A DNA stretch of 64,000 nucleotides. Source: Narcine bancroftii (Eukaryota). The stretch spans positions 138,508,001 to 138,572,000 of the forward strand of contig NC_091476.1 of the NCBI RefSeq assembly GCF_036971445.1. The letters are read 5' to 3'. This document shows, one piece after another, positions 12,898 to 25,994 of this stretch. Both the position numbers and the translations under genes were made by a program. How positions within the stretch are numbered: the stretch's first letter is position 1; the number at the start of each line of letters is the position of its first letter. The notes under the pieces are model-generated. The model searched no databases, was not told the DNA's origin, and worked only from the letters and a program-made list of their open reading frames with translations.

Positions 12898-13769
12898 AAC
12901 TCTGGCAATTTTTCATTTCACACTAAATGCAAATTATAATGCACTTTCAAAAAAAAAATCAGAAAGATATATTTGTTTTTAAATTATGAAATTATTGTGA
13001 TTCTTTTGACTACTAGATGCAAGAAATGGCATTGGTTCTGGACATTAAATCATTTTGATGTGATAAAACAGTAATAGACATCCCAGGGTTCAGAATCCAT
13101 GGTTACAAAAGGCAATGCAAGATAACCTGACTTGCTAAATGATAGAATTAGCTCATTATTGTAAAAAAAATGAGTTTTGAAAACACAATTCCACCTCAGG
13201 GGCCAATATCATATTATTTTATGGCAAGCAAAGGATTTTGGAAAATTAGCACTCATGGTACTGAGAAGAAGCACACAGATCAGGCATTATGGAAGGATTG
13301 TTTGATAGTGATTTGTAAGCTATTCTGAGAACACACATTTGGCTGAGTGATTCTGAAACTCCCATTGTTGTGGCAGAAATACATAATTTTTCTTCAACAC
13401 AAGTTCTAACATCTAACAGTCTCTATACCTGTAGGGCACCCCACTGTGCAATAGATTTCCTTCTCATCTTAAACCTATGCCCTCTGATTATAGATTCCTC
13501 TACCTTGGGGAAAACACCGACTACTTACCTCATCTGTGCCCCTCATTATCTTTGAAACTTCTACAAGGTCTCCTCTCAGCCTCTGACACTCCCAGCCTGT
13601 TCTTGTACCTCAATCCAGCCTGACCCAATATTACTTTAACCTTTATTGCTTTCAATTCAGATCTCCAACATTTTGCATTTGGACACAAGTTAAAAATTAA
13701 ACTGCGGCACAGTTAAAAGACTTGAGTGACAAAATAATTGTCATATAAAGTTAATTTATATTTTTGCAG

Positions 13770-13891
13770 TGTCTGTACATATTGATCATTCAGAAGAACC
13801 CAGCCTGGAGAGAGCAGCTGTAACCATCCAGAAGCAGTAGAGGAGGTACCAGCAATACAAGAAGATCAACAGCAACCCACAAGGGGTGTGA
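13770..13891 (+). pseudogene. PCP4/PEP-19-like IQ-motif terminal exon with in-frame TAG (xSVHIDHSEEPSLERAAVTIQKQ*RRYQQYKKINSNPQGV*)
   Basis: tttttgcag acceptor, phase-1 start. An acidic ID..EE segment and ERAAVTIQ..xRR resemble PCP4 ([14 protein letters not shown]). TAG at 13838-13840, TGA at 13889-13891, AATAAA at 14040-14045. Pseudogene status is uncertain. Confidence 0.7.
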
Positions 13892-16800
13892 TATGCCAGG
13901 AGGTCTTTACTGTCGTACCAAAGTCCTTGCTGTTTAACAGTAGTGATCGTTTATTAGATACCAGGTCCAGCACATAAAAGTAGATGATTGTTCATTTTCC
14001 TGCCTATGATTTGTTGAACTGTATATTTCTATGGTATTTAATAAAGATTAGAAGACATGAGGAGTTTGTCCATTCTCCCCATGACTGCATGGGTTTCCTC
14101 CGGATGCTCCGGTTTCCTAACAAATTCCAAAGTCGGTTAATTGGTCACATGGGTGTATTTGGGTGGCACGGGCTCATGGGCAGGAAGGCCCAGTTACCTG
14201 TATCTCTAAATTAATTTTTTTTTAAATTATGAACCAAATGTTGATTGTGGACTGGAGGCCCAGTGGAAGGTACACTTAGAATCATGGTCATGCCTTCATT
14301 TAATTCCAAACAGAAGGATTCAAACTTCTTCTATCAATGCCCTTAAGTGTATTTTCTAAAATAAATTCAGTGAGTCTAAACTCATTCTCGCTGTGTCAGA
14401 TTGGCTCTCTGAGGAACACTTGTATCTCTGTGCTGCAGTAACAGAGTGGCTGGAACCTCTTCACACATTCTGAAGAGTAAAATGACGTAGTGTTGTGAAA
14501 AATCCATTTTGTCTGGAATGGAGCAATTTTCCACACTTTTCTGGGTGTCTTGGTGCCCATCTTAGCCAAACATTGCAGGATAAGTAATCTAGCTCATGCC
14601 GTATCTCTCTGAGACACCATGGTGATTGAAATGGAAAGGAACAGAGGAGATTGATCAGAAATTGTCAGGACTGGAAAATTGAGGAGGAGCTTGTGCAAGC
14701 TTTAGTCATTTTCATCTGAACAGTGTAAATGTCGAGAGGGCATGATGAAAAAGATTTAACATTTATGAAGGATCTGCATGAAGAAAATGGGAAGTTTCAA
14801 GTTTTATTAGTTGAGGGATCAAAAAACTAGATTTACTTCCTATTGACTCTGTGTGGCCTGCTGAGTTTCTCCAGTAATTTTGTGAAATTACACTGAACAT
14901 CAGCATATGCAGATTTACTTGTTAGTACTTGGGAACACATTAAGAGGAGAGCAAAGAAAATGTGGTACAGGTCTGGTACTCGTTGGCTGAATGAGCCCAA
15001 AATCTCATTACTCGATGACCTTTGACTCACAAGACTCTAGGTGCAGTACTGAGGGATGAAGTTAAGTTGGCTTGTTCATCTATGACTGATACAAACCCAA
15101 TGGACTCAATGGCCTTCTTCTGAGACATAACATTTCCTTGATTTTCTGATCCTGCCACTTGATTCTATTTTATTTTTTTGATGAGATTTTCATTCTCTCT
15201 AGCACCTTCTTTCCAGTGGAAATTTCCCCCAATGAGGGTTCAGTTGTGTATCAATATCCACCATGGAGAAGGACAAGGGCAAACACAAGATCAGTGTAGG
15301 GTTGCTCTAATAATCTCAGGGACGTTGATCTCAAGAACAAAGAGATGTCAGATTTATTTATACCACAAACAGCAGAGGTCCCAGGACTGATCCCTATGGA
15401 ACACCAGTAGTGATAGACCTCCACTAGCAGTGAGGGTAGAATGAGGGAACATAGACTCAAGATTTGGGGGAGTAAACAAAACACAGAAGGAACTTCTTTC
15501 CCCAGAGAGATGTGAAAATGTGGAATTTGACTAAGGAAGCAGTGGGGGTGCCTCATTAAATATATATGACATAATTAGATTTTTACACAGTAGGAGGTTT
15601 GGAAAAAAGGAGTTGAGTCCAAGGCCATGATATTGTTGAATGGTGGAGCAGTCTCGATGGCCTCCTGCCCGTGTTTCTTATGTTCTTGTGACTGGATAAC
15701 TTTTGATTCTAAAATTCCCTTTCTCCACCTCCCATGTCTAATAACTTAATGGCTAAATGTATCAGGGTGTCCAAAGAAAGTTAATTAAAAAACAATGTTT
15801 TAATGCTGTTTTTCGCTCAGACATTGCAGAGCCCTGGAGCAGTGGCTTTTAAATCCAGGAGAATGCAGGGTAGTCTAGGACAGTTGTCAACCCATCAAAA
15901 GGCAAAGGGTCATCCTGCTCTGAACTGGTTGAACTGCCTTGCAATGCCCTGACTACATGACTGCCACATTCCAGAGCACCTATTTAAAAAACGAATGCCA
16001 GGGGAAGGGTGATAGTGACCAACTGAAGCACAATGACAAATGCAATTGGAGCCGTCTCTCACTCAGTAGCCTGAAGAGACTCATGAATGTTTTGCAGGGT
16101 GTCTCTGTTATCTGCTGAAATATTCCACACATAATACTCAATATTCAAAACAACAATGGTTGTAGAAATCACCTTGCAAGACACCTGAAGCCCCAAGCCA
16201 CCTCGCAAAGCAATTAGCAAAGAATAACTCAAGCAGCTTTTGTTTCTTGTGTTGAGTAATAGGTGGTGAAAAGCTGAGGGTTAATAACTATTTGAACCTG
16301 AATATCAGCCAGTCGGAGGAGGATCAGGCGGAGAGAGTTCCCAGTCACATGAAGCTGGTGCACAGCAACAGAATGATAGTAAGTACGGCCCTAAACCCAG
16401 ATGGTTTGTATTCCAATTACATAGCTGTTGAAGAAACACAAGCAGTTCTAAGGAGTATGAAGAGACAGTGGAAAAGGCCACATATGCTGCAGTATCATTC
16501 AGTTTAGGCTTGTGATCATTAGGAAGTAGAGACTCTCATTATTCTCCTACTCTACTTAGGATAGAAATATCAACGACAGCACTAGTAAGGACCACAAGCC
16601 TGTTACCGTGCTGTATGACTTAAAAAATCTCTGAATCCGTGTTAACAGACATGTTCCAGTGCCCTGAAGCTGACCTGTTTGCTTGATTAATTGCCCAATC
16701 CTAGACTCCAGAGGCCTCCAGGTGAGCTTGGGGCTTAATTCAAATATCTACCAACATCATTGTTTTTGATTAACCCTTCACCCCCCCCTGGATCTTATGT

Positions 16801-18489
16801 CAATTTGAGGAATGCAATTCACTTTTCAGTGTTGTGATCTTCATAGACTATCCCATGCTTCAGTGCCTAAATTTTGTATGCTTCCTAGAGCACAAGAGTT
16901 TGCTTTCTTTCAAGGTAGAGGGGAATAGTAGGAGCTTTTTATTTCATTCAGAGGCTGGTGGAAGTTTGGCAAGCACTGCCTGAGACAATGGTGAGACAGG
17001 GACTCTCAATGTTTAAAGAGAATCTGGACAAGCACTTGAATTGCTCGGGCACAGCAGATAATGGCTTGGTAAATAGGTTTGGTAGAGGTTGGTACTCGAT
17101 GGTCAGCATGGATGGGTGGGCTATGTTTCTATAACAAAATATGCTGGCAATCTAAACTGTCAACCAATAGATCAGGAGAATGGGGTTGAGAGGAAAAATA
17201 CATCAGCCCTGATTTGAATGGTGGAGCACACTCGATGGGCTGAATGACATAATTCTGCTCCTGTGGCTTATGCCTTTTGGATGTGGGTGGAAATTAGAGC
17301 ACCTGGTGAACCCCATGTGTTCACTTGGAGATTGTGAAAACAGACAGCACAGGAAGTCAGAATTGAACCCAGTTCACTGGAGCAGTGAGCAGCTTTAAAA
17401 TGGAAAGAAGCATCTTCTCCCCTTCTGGTGGTTGCAGTGAGTACTGAGAACAAGGGTTCAAGTCTGAGGCACAATGTTTGAGGCATAAGGTTTTAGACAC
17501 TATCTTTTGCTCAAGTTACTGTTTACGGTGCGAGCCCTGCTCTTGAGGAATCATCTGTGCCAAGGCTCAATGATAGGTAGGGATGGGCAATAAGTGCTGG
17601 TCATGCATTAAAAACTCGAAAGACTTTAAACCTTTTGTTAAGAATGATGATCCAATTCATTCATTGGTTTCTTTCAGTCTCCATATGTCAGCTTGGTTTC
17701 ACATTCTTAGCCTAAGGTGTGTAAGTTGAAAAGATAATAGAATTTTATATTAAGGGAACAGGCACAACCCTAAAGAATCTCAGCTGTTGATAATATCTGT
17801 TTTATTTAGCTTTACAATGCTAATATTATGCCAGATTCTATGTGATTCACAGCATTCCTAACATATGGCAGGCCAGTTTATAGGAGATTCTTAGTGCCTG
17901 CCTTCAAGAATCATCTGCAGAAAAACACCCATGGAGGTGATAATCAGAACTTAAGAACACTAGAAAATAGGAAGAGGCCACTTGGCCTTTCAAGCCTACC
18001 CCAAGTGTCAATGTGATGATAGCTGATCTGGCCAAGCCTCAACTCTCTTTCAGTGCCAGTTCCCCACAGCCCTCAAATCCCAGATCTATCAACCTCCTGC
18101 CTCTTGAAATATCTGGGCTCCACAATCCTCTGGGTTGGAGAATTCTTGAAGTTAGATTCTTGTGTACCTCAGTTTTAAATGACTACCTTGTACCCTTGTC
18201 ACGGTGTCACCTGGTTTGAGATTCTCCCACTATTGGAAACATTTTAATATTTACCTTGTTATAAGATTTTCAAATTCAATATTCCCTTAAAATTTAAGAG
18301 ATGCCAAGCAGATCACAGAAAAAAAGTCAACAATGTTTCTAACATCCTAAAGAGATTAACAGAGAGCAGGCCTTGTCTTGATGAGATATCGCTCAGGATT
18401 GTATACAATTTTCACCCGTGCCAACATCAAATGTCATACAGATAAGCTCTCTTCTATTCTTTACCAATAATTTTCCCTAAACAAACTTA

Positions 18490-19095
18490 TAACCATATAA
18501 CAATTACTGTACGGAAACAGGCCATCTCAGCCCCTCTAGTCCGCACCGATTTAAGCGAACTCCACTAGTTCCACCTACTCGCTACCTGTCCATAACCCTC
18601 CAATCCCCTCCCATCCATGCACTCATCCAACCTTCTCTTAAATGACAAAATTGACCCTGCTGCAACCACCTCTTCTGGAAGGTCATTCCTCTCAGCCACC
18701 ACTCACTGACTGAAGAAATTTCCCTTCATGTTACTTATAAACTTTTGCCCCCTAACATTTAACTTATGATCCCTTGTTTCAATCTCACCTATCCTCAACT
18801 ATTCACATCTACTCTATCTATCCCCCTCATAATTTTAAATACCTCTATCAAATCCCCCCTCAACCTTCTACACTCCAATGAATAAAGACCCAGTCTACTC
18901 AATCTTTCTTTGTATTCTAGATACTGCAATCGAGGCAACATTTTAGTAAATCTGCACCCGCCCCACCTTATTGATATCCTTCCTATAATTTGGAGACCAG
19001 AACTGCACACAGTATTCCAAATTGGCCTCACCAATGCCTTGAACATTCTCAACATCACCTCCCAGCTCCTATATGCTATGCTTTGATTTATACCA
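18490..19095 (-). mobile_element. CR1 LINE 3' fragment
   Basis: RLGLYSLECRRLRGDLIEVFKI and a CR1-type 3' tail. Confidence 0.85.
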
Positions 19096-19224
19096 GACAA
19101 AGGTGATACTTCTATACAAAAGAAACATTCTGCTAATACTGGGGATCTGACATAAAAGTATAAATTGGTAGAATTATCAGGTAGCGAAATTGGAGAAAGA
19201 AACAGCCAATGTTTCAGGTTAATG

Positions 19225-19860
19225 AACATAATATATAGGAGCAGAAATAAACTATTCAACCTATAAAGTCTGCCCTGCCATTCAACCATGAGTTGATTCA
19301 TTTTCCCACTCAGCCCCACTGCCCGGCCTTCTGCCCATAAGCTTTGATGCCCTGGCTAATCGAGAACATATCAATCTCTGCCTTAAATACACCCAACAAC
19401 TTGGCCTCCACAACCACCTGTGATGACAAATTCCGATTCACCACCCTCTGATGAAAGAAATTCCTCAGCATCTTTGTTCTAAGTGGATACCTTTCAATCC
19501 TGAAGTTGTTCCCTCTTGTCCTAGCACAACTTTTGGATGCCATAAGTACACTGTGACTTGTAAGGGTTTACTTAAGGTGGAATGTGAGTGGGAGAAAAAG
19601 GTTGAGAAACACTGTTCTAGAGTCACCCTCCATGGGAAACAACCTTTCTGCAGCTGTTCATGCCTTTCAACATTCACACTTTTTCAGAGATCCTTCTTCA
19701 TCCTCCTAAGTTCCAATGAATACAGGCCAAAAGTTGTCAAATGCTCCTAATATGATAACCCCTTCATTCCTGGAATCATGCTTGGGAACTTCTTCTGAAC
19801 CCTCTCCAACTTTTCTTAAATGGGGAGCCCAAACCTGTTCACAATACTCCAAGTGAATTC
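19225..19860 (-). mobile_element. CR1-type LINE 3' fragment interrupted by a short hAT MITE remnant (~19525-19615)
   Basis: LRNFFHQRVVN motif. The MITE end ggttgagaaacactg is followed by ttctagag, a Charlie-like target site. Confidence 0.7.
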
Positions 19861-20289
19861 AGAATTCTAACTCACCATCAATTGTGGAAAATCTCAGATT
19901 GTGTGCAGGACTGATACAAGATAAAGATTCTGTGGCCAGATTGCAACAAATGATCTACAAGATTAGAGGCACTTAACCTGCACTCTGTCTAGTTTTAAAG
20001 GGAGAAAAGGGAAAGACTTTTCCTTCAGAGTGCATATTCCACATCATACAGCATTACAATTATATAATTTCCTTGAGGTTTCATGTAGGGTACATAGTCA
20101 TTTGTTTTCCTAGATTACCAAAGGATATGTTTTTGTTTAGCAACGTTGTGTGAATGGTAAAGACTGGGTACATCTGCACAGCACGTTGCTGTATAATGAT
20201 TAGTACTGTATTTGTTACAGCTAAAAATAACAAAAGCACATGTCCAAAAGAGTCAATGCACCAAAGCAACAATTAGTAAATCGAAAGTT

Positions 20290-20565
20290 TGCAAATTGAG
20301 AAATTTGCACCACAATTAACAATGTGATAGTAGTCAAATCATCTGTTCTGGTGATGCTCAGTGATAAACACCAGGGAGAGTGCCCCTACTCCTCCAGTAA
20401 TTGTTCCTTGTGATGCTTCTTATTCAGCCAAGAGGGTAGGCGGCTCTTTGTTTCAGTGCTTCAAACTCCCAAAAACCTCACCTTCAACAGTACCACAGTT
20501 CTCTTCTTGGAGATAGGTCTTGAACACACCACCTTCCAACTTAAGAACAAAAGTGTGACATGGTT
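20290..20565 (-). mobile_element. Old Deu-domain SINE remnant (SacSINE1/AmnSINE1-like)
   Basis: Resembles the Deu central domain as recalled (aatgtgatag..atcatctgttctggtgatg..caccagggagagtgcccctactc). Heavily diverged. Confidence 0.45.
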
Positions 20566-22789
20566 ATCTTGAAAAGAACTGTATGTTTGTGACATTTTGG
20601 ATGAGGTGATCTCCATATTTTTATCTTAAAACTTGACTACAACCCAGTGTCTTTTATAAGAGTTTACTGGGTCATTTAGCTCATTCAATCTTTATAAAAT
20701 AGCTTCAGGAAGTCTTGATGTAATGAAATTGGAAAGGGCCACTTCATAAATTGATAATCCAATATATCAGGAGAGAGCTGGGACAGGTAACTGACAGGAT
20801 AACGATGAAAACATTTCATCGGTAGTGAAAACAACATTAAGTGTGCTTGTCGTCATAGCCAGAGGTATTGAGTATTAGAGTTGGGCATCACGTTGCCACT
20901 CTACAAGGCATTGGCGACATCACACTTGGAACATTGTTTTCAGTTGTAGTCACCACACCATAGGAAGCCTGTGGTACTAGAAAGAATTCTATTTATTTAT
21001 TTTTAATTTTGACATACAGCACAGTATCAGGCCATTTCGGCCCATGAGTCTTTGCCGCCCAATTCACCCGTCATTAACCTATTAACGTATAGGTTTTGAA
21101 AGGTGGGAGGAAACTGGAGCCCCTGGAGAAAGCCCACACAGTCATGAGGAGAATGTACAAGCTTCTTACAGACAGTGCGAGATTCAAACCTAGGTCCGGT
21201 CCCAATTGCTGGCACTGTAAAGGCGTTGCACTAACTGCTACACCAACTGTGATGCAGAAGTGGTTTACCAGAACGTTCCCTGAACAGAGGGCTTCAGTTA
21301 CAAAGAGACTGCTTTGTTCTCATGGAGTGCAGGGTACACAGGGCATGGATAGCAGAGATAGTCAAAGGTTTAAGATAAAATGGGAAATATGTAAAAAGAG
21401 ATCTGTGAAGCAACTTGTTTTATAGAGGGAAGTAGTTATAAGGAATAACCTACCAGAGGAGGTAGTCGAGGTAGGTACAATCACAGTATTTAAAAAGCAT
21501 CTGGACAGGACCATGGATGTGAAGGGAATAAAGGGATATTGGGCAAATACAGCAAAATGGTGTTAGCAGTTGGCAGGTTGGGCCAAAGGGCCTGATTCCA
21601 TGCTGTATGACTGCATGGTCCAATGTCCCTAAATCAAACACAGTTTTGCTACTGGGATGGGTGTCCACCAGAGGATGGAGGTTAGAGAGGATGCTAAGTT
21701 GATCCACAAGGATGTTGCCTGGGTTAGAGGGTTTCAGTTATATGGAGAGACAAGATAAGATGGCTTTGCTTCCCCTGGAGTGGAAGAAGCTGAGTGAGGG
21801 CTACAAATTTACAAGGAATGTCAGAAACAAAAGGGCATAGGTATGTAGAGGTTTAGAAAGGATCTGAGGGAGAATATTTCCACCCCAAGAGGAGGGAAGA
21901 GAATGAGGAGCATCCAGACATGCGTAGAATTGCCGGAAGGCTTTGGATATGTGGGCGCAGCTTAGTTAAGTGCAATATGTGTCATTGATGTAGTGGGCCC
22001 AAGGGTCTCTTTCTATTCTGTATGATTCGATGACTCTAGTTCTTTGTATCTAATCATGTTCAGCCATTTTATTCATACTTGATAATGAATGTGTGAATGG
22101 GAACATTGCCACCTGCTCGTTTGACTCCAAGCCGCACACCGTCCTGATTTGGAAATATATTGTTTTTCCTCAACATAGCTGGATCCAAGTCCTCAACAAG
22201 CAGCACTCAGAGAATATTTTCACAAGGAGAGCGATGAGTCATGGAGTCTTTAGCCCAACTTGTCTATTACAGCCAAGTTAGCACTTGTCTACATTCTTCT
22301 CATTTCTTTTGACTTATTATTGTCCCACTTCTTTCACTTCCTCTGGCAACTCATTCTTCTGAATGCAAAGTTGTTCCTCAGGCCCTTCTTAAATCTCTCC
22401 CCTCTCAACTTAAACCCATGCTTTTGAGTAGAATGGTCTACTCAGGACAAAAGGGCTATGCGCATTCACTTTATCCATACATCTCGCAGTTCATCACCCC
22501 TTTCTCATGAGCTCCAGAGATGGGCAATGAATGCCGACCTCGTCAATGACATTTGCATAAATGAATAAATTAACTACATGCTACGCATGTTGTATCGCTC
22601 ACTTCTGACACTCATTAATGGTGGCTGCGAGAACTCAGATCCTCAAACAGAGGTGGTGCTAGTGATACAAACCGGACCAAGACAGGTGGATGAAATTTGG
22701 CTACAGATTAATGGAAGGGGCTCAAGGGATTGGTGGTTGTCCTTCTGATCATCCATGCTGGGCTCCACCCATTGAATCAGCCAAATCAG

Positions 22790-23185
22790 TAAACAACCTT
22801 ATATAAACAAATGTTTTATTGCACACGGCATTTGGAATTTTCTTCTCATAGAAAAAAGGTATTAACACAAGCATTTGCAAATAGAAGCAGATTCTTTATG
22901 AGTTATCTTTTTAAACAGTAAAATAGTCCGCATGCATGCTTCAGGGAACTTGCTTTGAAACAATCCACAAGATCAGAAAAAAAAACTTCATTTGTGTCCT
23001 CCGTTCAAAACAATGTGCACTTATTTTTTTTGTTTTTCTTTTTTAAATAACATCACATTTTGATTTTTTTGTGCCCTGCAGAAGAAGAAAATAGTATTAT
23101 TTATACAAAAAGAGTTCTTTATGTACAAGAAATATCTTTATTACAAATTAACAAAGCCAAGAGTATTTAAGGGGCTTATTAGGGC
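22790..23185 (-). terminator. DSCAML1: DSCAML1 3'UTR with polyadenylation signal
   Basis: AATAAA on the minus strand at 22815-22820, followed by U/GU-rich sequence. A/U-rich, repeat-free UTR; a second AATAAA lies near 23137-23142. Confidence 0.7.
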
Positions 23186-23622
23186 CTACACCAGGGTATA
23201 GGACTTTGAATAGGCTCCTGCTCCCTGTTTCTGTGACCTGCCCAGTCCGGCTGCACTCATCTCTAGTAGCGAGTCTCTAGAGCCGCTGATTTTGGTGTGG
23301 GCAGACAGTCGTGGTTCAGAAGGGGCGCTGGCTCCTGCAGCGGTGGTGCTGGTAGCCGTGGTGTTGGTGGTAGTCGTAGCGGTGGGGGCTGTGGAACCTG
23401 GCACGGTGAGAGTCCTCTGAGGTAAGGTGGTCGTGGCATGCGGGTGAATGGGTGGCTTGCTGTTGGGGTCGAGGGTCACGTGCCGGCCTTGGGACTGGTA
23501 TGCTCTGGCCACGTTCCGGATAGAGGCTTCCCTTGGTGGCACCACGGGGCAAGGGTCGCGAGCATCCGGTTTGCGGAAGAACGCATCTGATTTGACGTAG
23601 AGAGGAAGATTGCAATAATCGC
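23186..23622 (-). CDS. DSCAML1: DSCAML1 terminal coding exon ending in PDZ-binding motif SYTLV
   Basis: CAG acceptor at 23623-23625, TAG stop at 23186-23188. The ending GRSQKQGAGAYSKSYTLV is the DSCAML1 type rather than the DSCAM type. Confidence 0.97.
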
Positions 23623-25994
23623 CTGCAAAATAAATAAACATAAAGATTAAAACAAATGCAAAAATCCATGAAATAATGCCAACACCATTGCATATTCTCA
23701 TGTAATTCACTCCAGATTTTGTTCGATTCCAAACTTGCTATTGAGCCTATTAGTGATATCCAATGTGATTCTTACATCAACCTCTCATCAGTAAATATCA
23801 TGTCCTTCGCTGTTTAACTGCACTTTTCTCTGTACCCTGCACTTTGTAGCTCCACACATACTCTTTGGCTTAATGTAACACTAATGTAATAATAGCACTT
23901 TTGTTCTATTAACGCTCTACTTGTTCCATTGAAGTATGGGTTGATTTGTCTGATGGCACACAAAACAAAGTTTTGGTTCACACAACTATATTTGCTAGAA
24001 GTGTAGATTTCTGGCTTGGACTATGTTGTCCTTGGCTTCTGCCTGTCATTTTCCCAAACCTTTGCCTCAAAGACCCTCAGATTCCAAATCGTACAGGCAA
24101 GCTGGAATGCGACAACAGCCACAACAAACTCAGATGATCAGCTCTGGTTGAACTTTGCACAGCCCTTATCCTGCAGGCAGATTCCTTCTGAAAGCCGGTT
24201 CAAGACAGAAATCTTTGAGCCGTAGGACCACGCCTTCTGAAAGGACAATGTCCTATCCCTCTGTCTCATAATTTCTCCAGACTCTGCTGCTTCAAAACTA
24301 TGATGGATGTGTTGTATAATAGTTACGTTATTGATCAGTGATCCATTGACATGGATTAGCAATGGGGAGCCATGAGTTTAATCCCAGGAAGGCTCCCAAT
24401 TGAGGAAATCTCAAATCAAAACATGACCACATTCATGAAGCTTGCCAGAAAAGTCTGCTTGGTTCTCTCAGAGATCTTTCATCCTTACTCACCTCGACCC
24501 ATTTATTACATCAGAGCACTGTAATATATCTGAATCGTAACTACTTTCTAAAATGGCCTGGCAAGGCATACATTTCAAGGAAGATAACAGAGGGGTAATG
24601 AATCCTATTCTTTTCCCAACAGCATCTGTCTCTCAAAAAAATAAATAACCAAAGTATCCACGATGTTGAAAGAAGGTTTCTGTTGAGAGCTTATTGAGAG
24701 GCAATGTGAACTCAAACAGCAGCTACATATCTGCAAACTGTAGACGGCTTGCATTCAAATGGGTCCATTATAAGTGATGTATTGCAGGTATTTTAAGTTA
24801 CTTGATAAAATGTTGCTTTGGGAGGCTGCATTCATAGCCTGTAACCATAGTGATACAAATTAATTACATGATGTGGGAAGCATTGCCTCAGAGGAACTAT
24901 ATTTTGGAAACTATTTTTGCCAATTTCTGTGAACATCAAGGTGAGGGATGTTAGTGCTGGGGATTGAAACACTTCCTGTCATTTCCACCACCCAATATTA
25001 GGAGAGCCATAGTTCTACAGGTTCAGTGGGGCACTCTCTCCAGACTGTCTGATCAATCTCTCAAAGTGCAGAGAAGGCATGGGCTGAGTAAGAAGTAAAC
25101 TCACTTGATGTCCCACTGGACCCTCCAAGGGCAAACAGTACCATTCCCTCTACACTGATTGTGTAACCTACTCATGGCTAGGTGTAGAGTAAAGATCCAT
25201 CATCTCTGTCCTATCAAACATTTAAACCTTAAATTTAAATTTTATGTGCAGCACGGTAACACGACAAAAAAAAGAGCCCATGGACCACGAGCCCATGCCA
25301 TTTAAATATGCCAATTAACCTACAACTCTCGTAGATTTTGAAGGGGATGATGAAACCGGAGTACCCAGAGGGAACCCATGCAGACACGGGGAGGATATAC
25401 AACTCCTTACCGACAGCACCGGATTCAAACCTGGGTCACTGGTGCTGTAATAGCATTGCTGCCCTCTCTGGGAGGGACAGATCACAGGCTTGATGTTATC
25501 CTATTAAATAAACCCTGGGCAGGTATAACATGAGTTACATGGACTAAAGGTCCCATCCTCCCATCCTCCCATCTCATCAGACACTTTAAGGAAAGATGAA
25601 AAACAAACTGGAAATTCATTAAACTTCATAGTCTACCCAATCCCACCTGTCACAGCACAGGGTCAGCACAGCTTAGAATCGATGGACCATCCCTCTAAAC
25701 ATTCCCAGTTCAAATTCCAAATTCTAGTTATCCTGACAAAACTACATGTAACAGCCTGGCCTTAGAGAATGCCCTTGATATTGTAATCCAGCGGAACTTC
25801 AAGAGTAAAAATTCCAGTTGGAATCTTGATCAAGCATTGAACTGCTGGATGAACTCAGCGGATCAGGCAGCATCCATAGGTAGAAATAATCAGTCAGTGT
25901 TTCGGGTAGACCCTTTATCAAGACTAAAGTAGGAAGGGGAAATGTAAAGAAGAAACAAAAGAGCAAAAAGGGGGAAGAAGATAGAGAGGGGCTG

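Noticed and set aside
16290-16385. Open stretch FEPEYQPVGGGSGGESSQSHEAGAQQQND followed by GTAAGT
   Set aside because: No convincing acceptor or homology, and it lies downstream of the PCP4-like polyA signal. Not supportable as an exon.
23316-23732. 138-aa ORF overlapping the DSCAML1 last exon
   Set aside because: Alternative-frame shadow of a GC-rich coding exon, starting in the intron.
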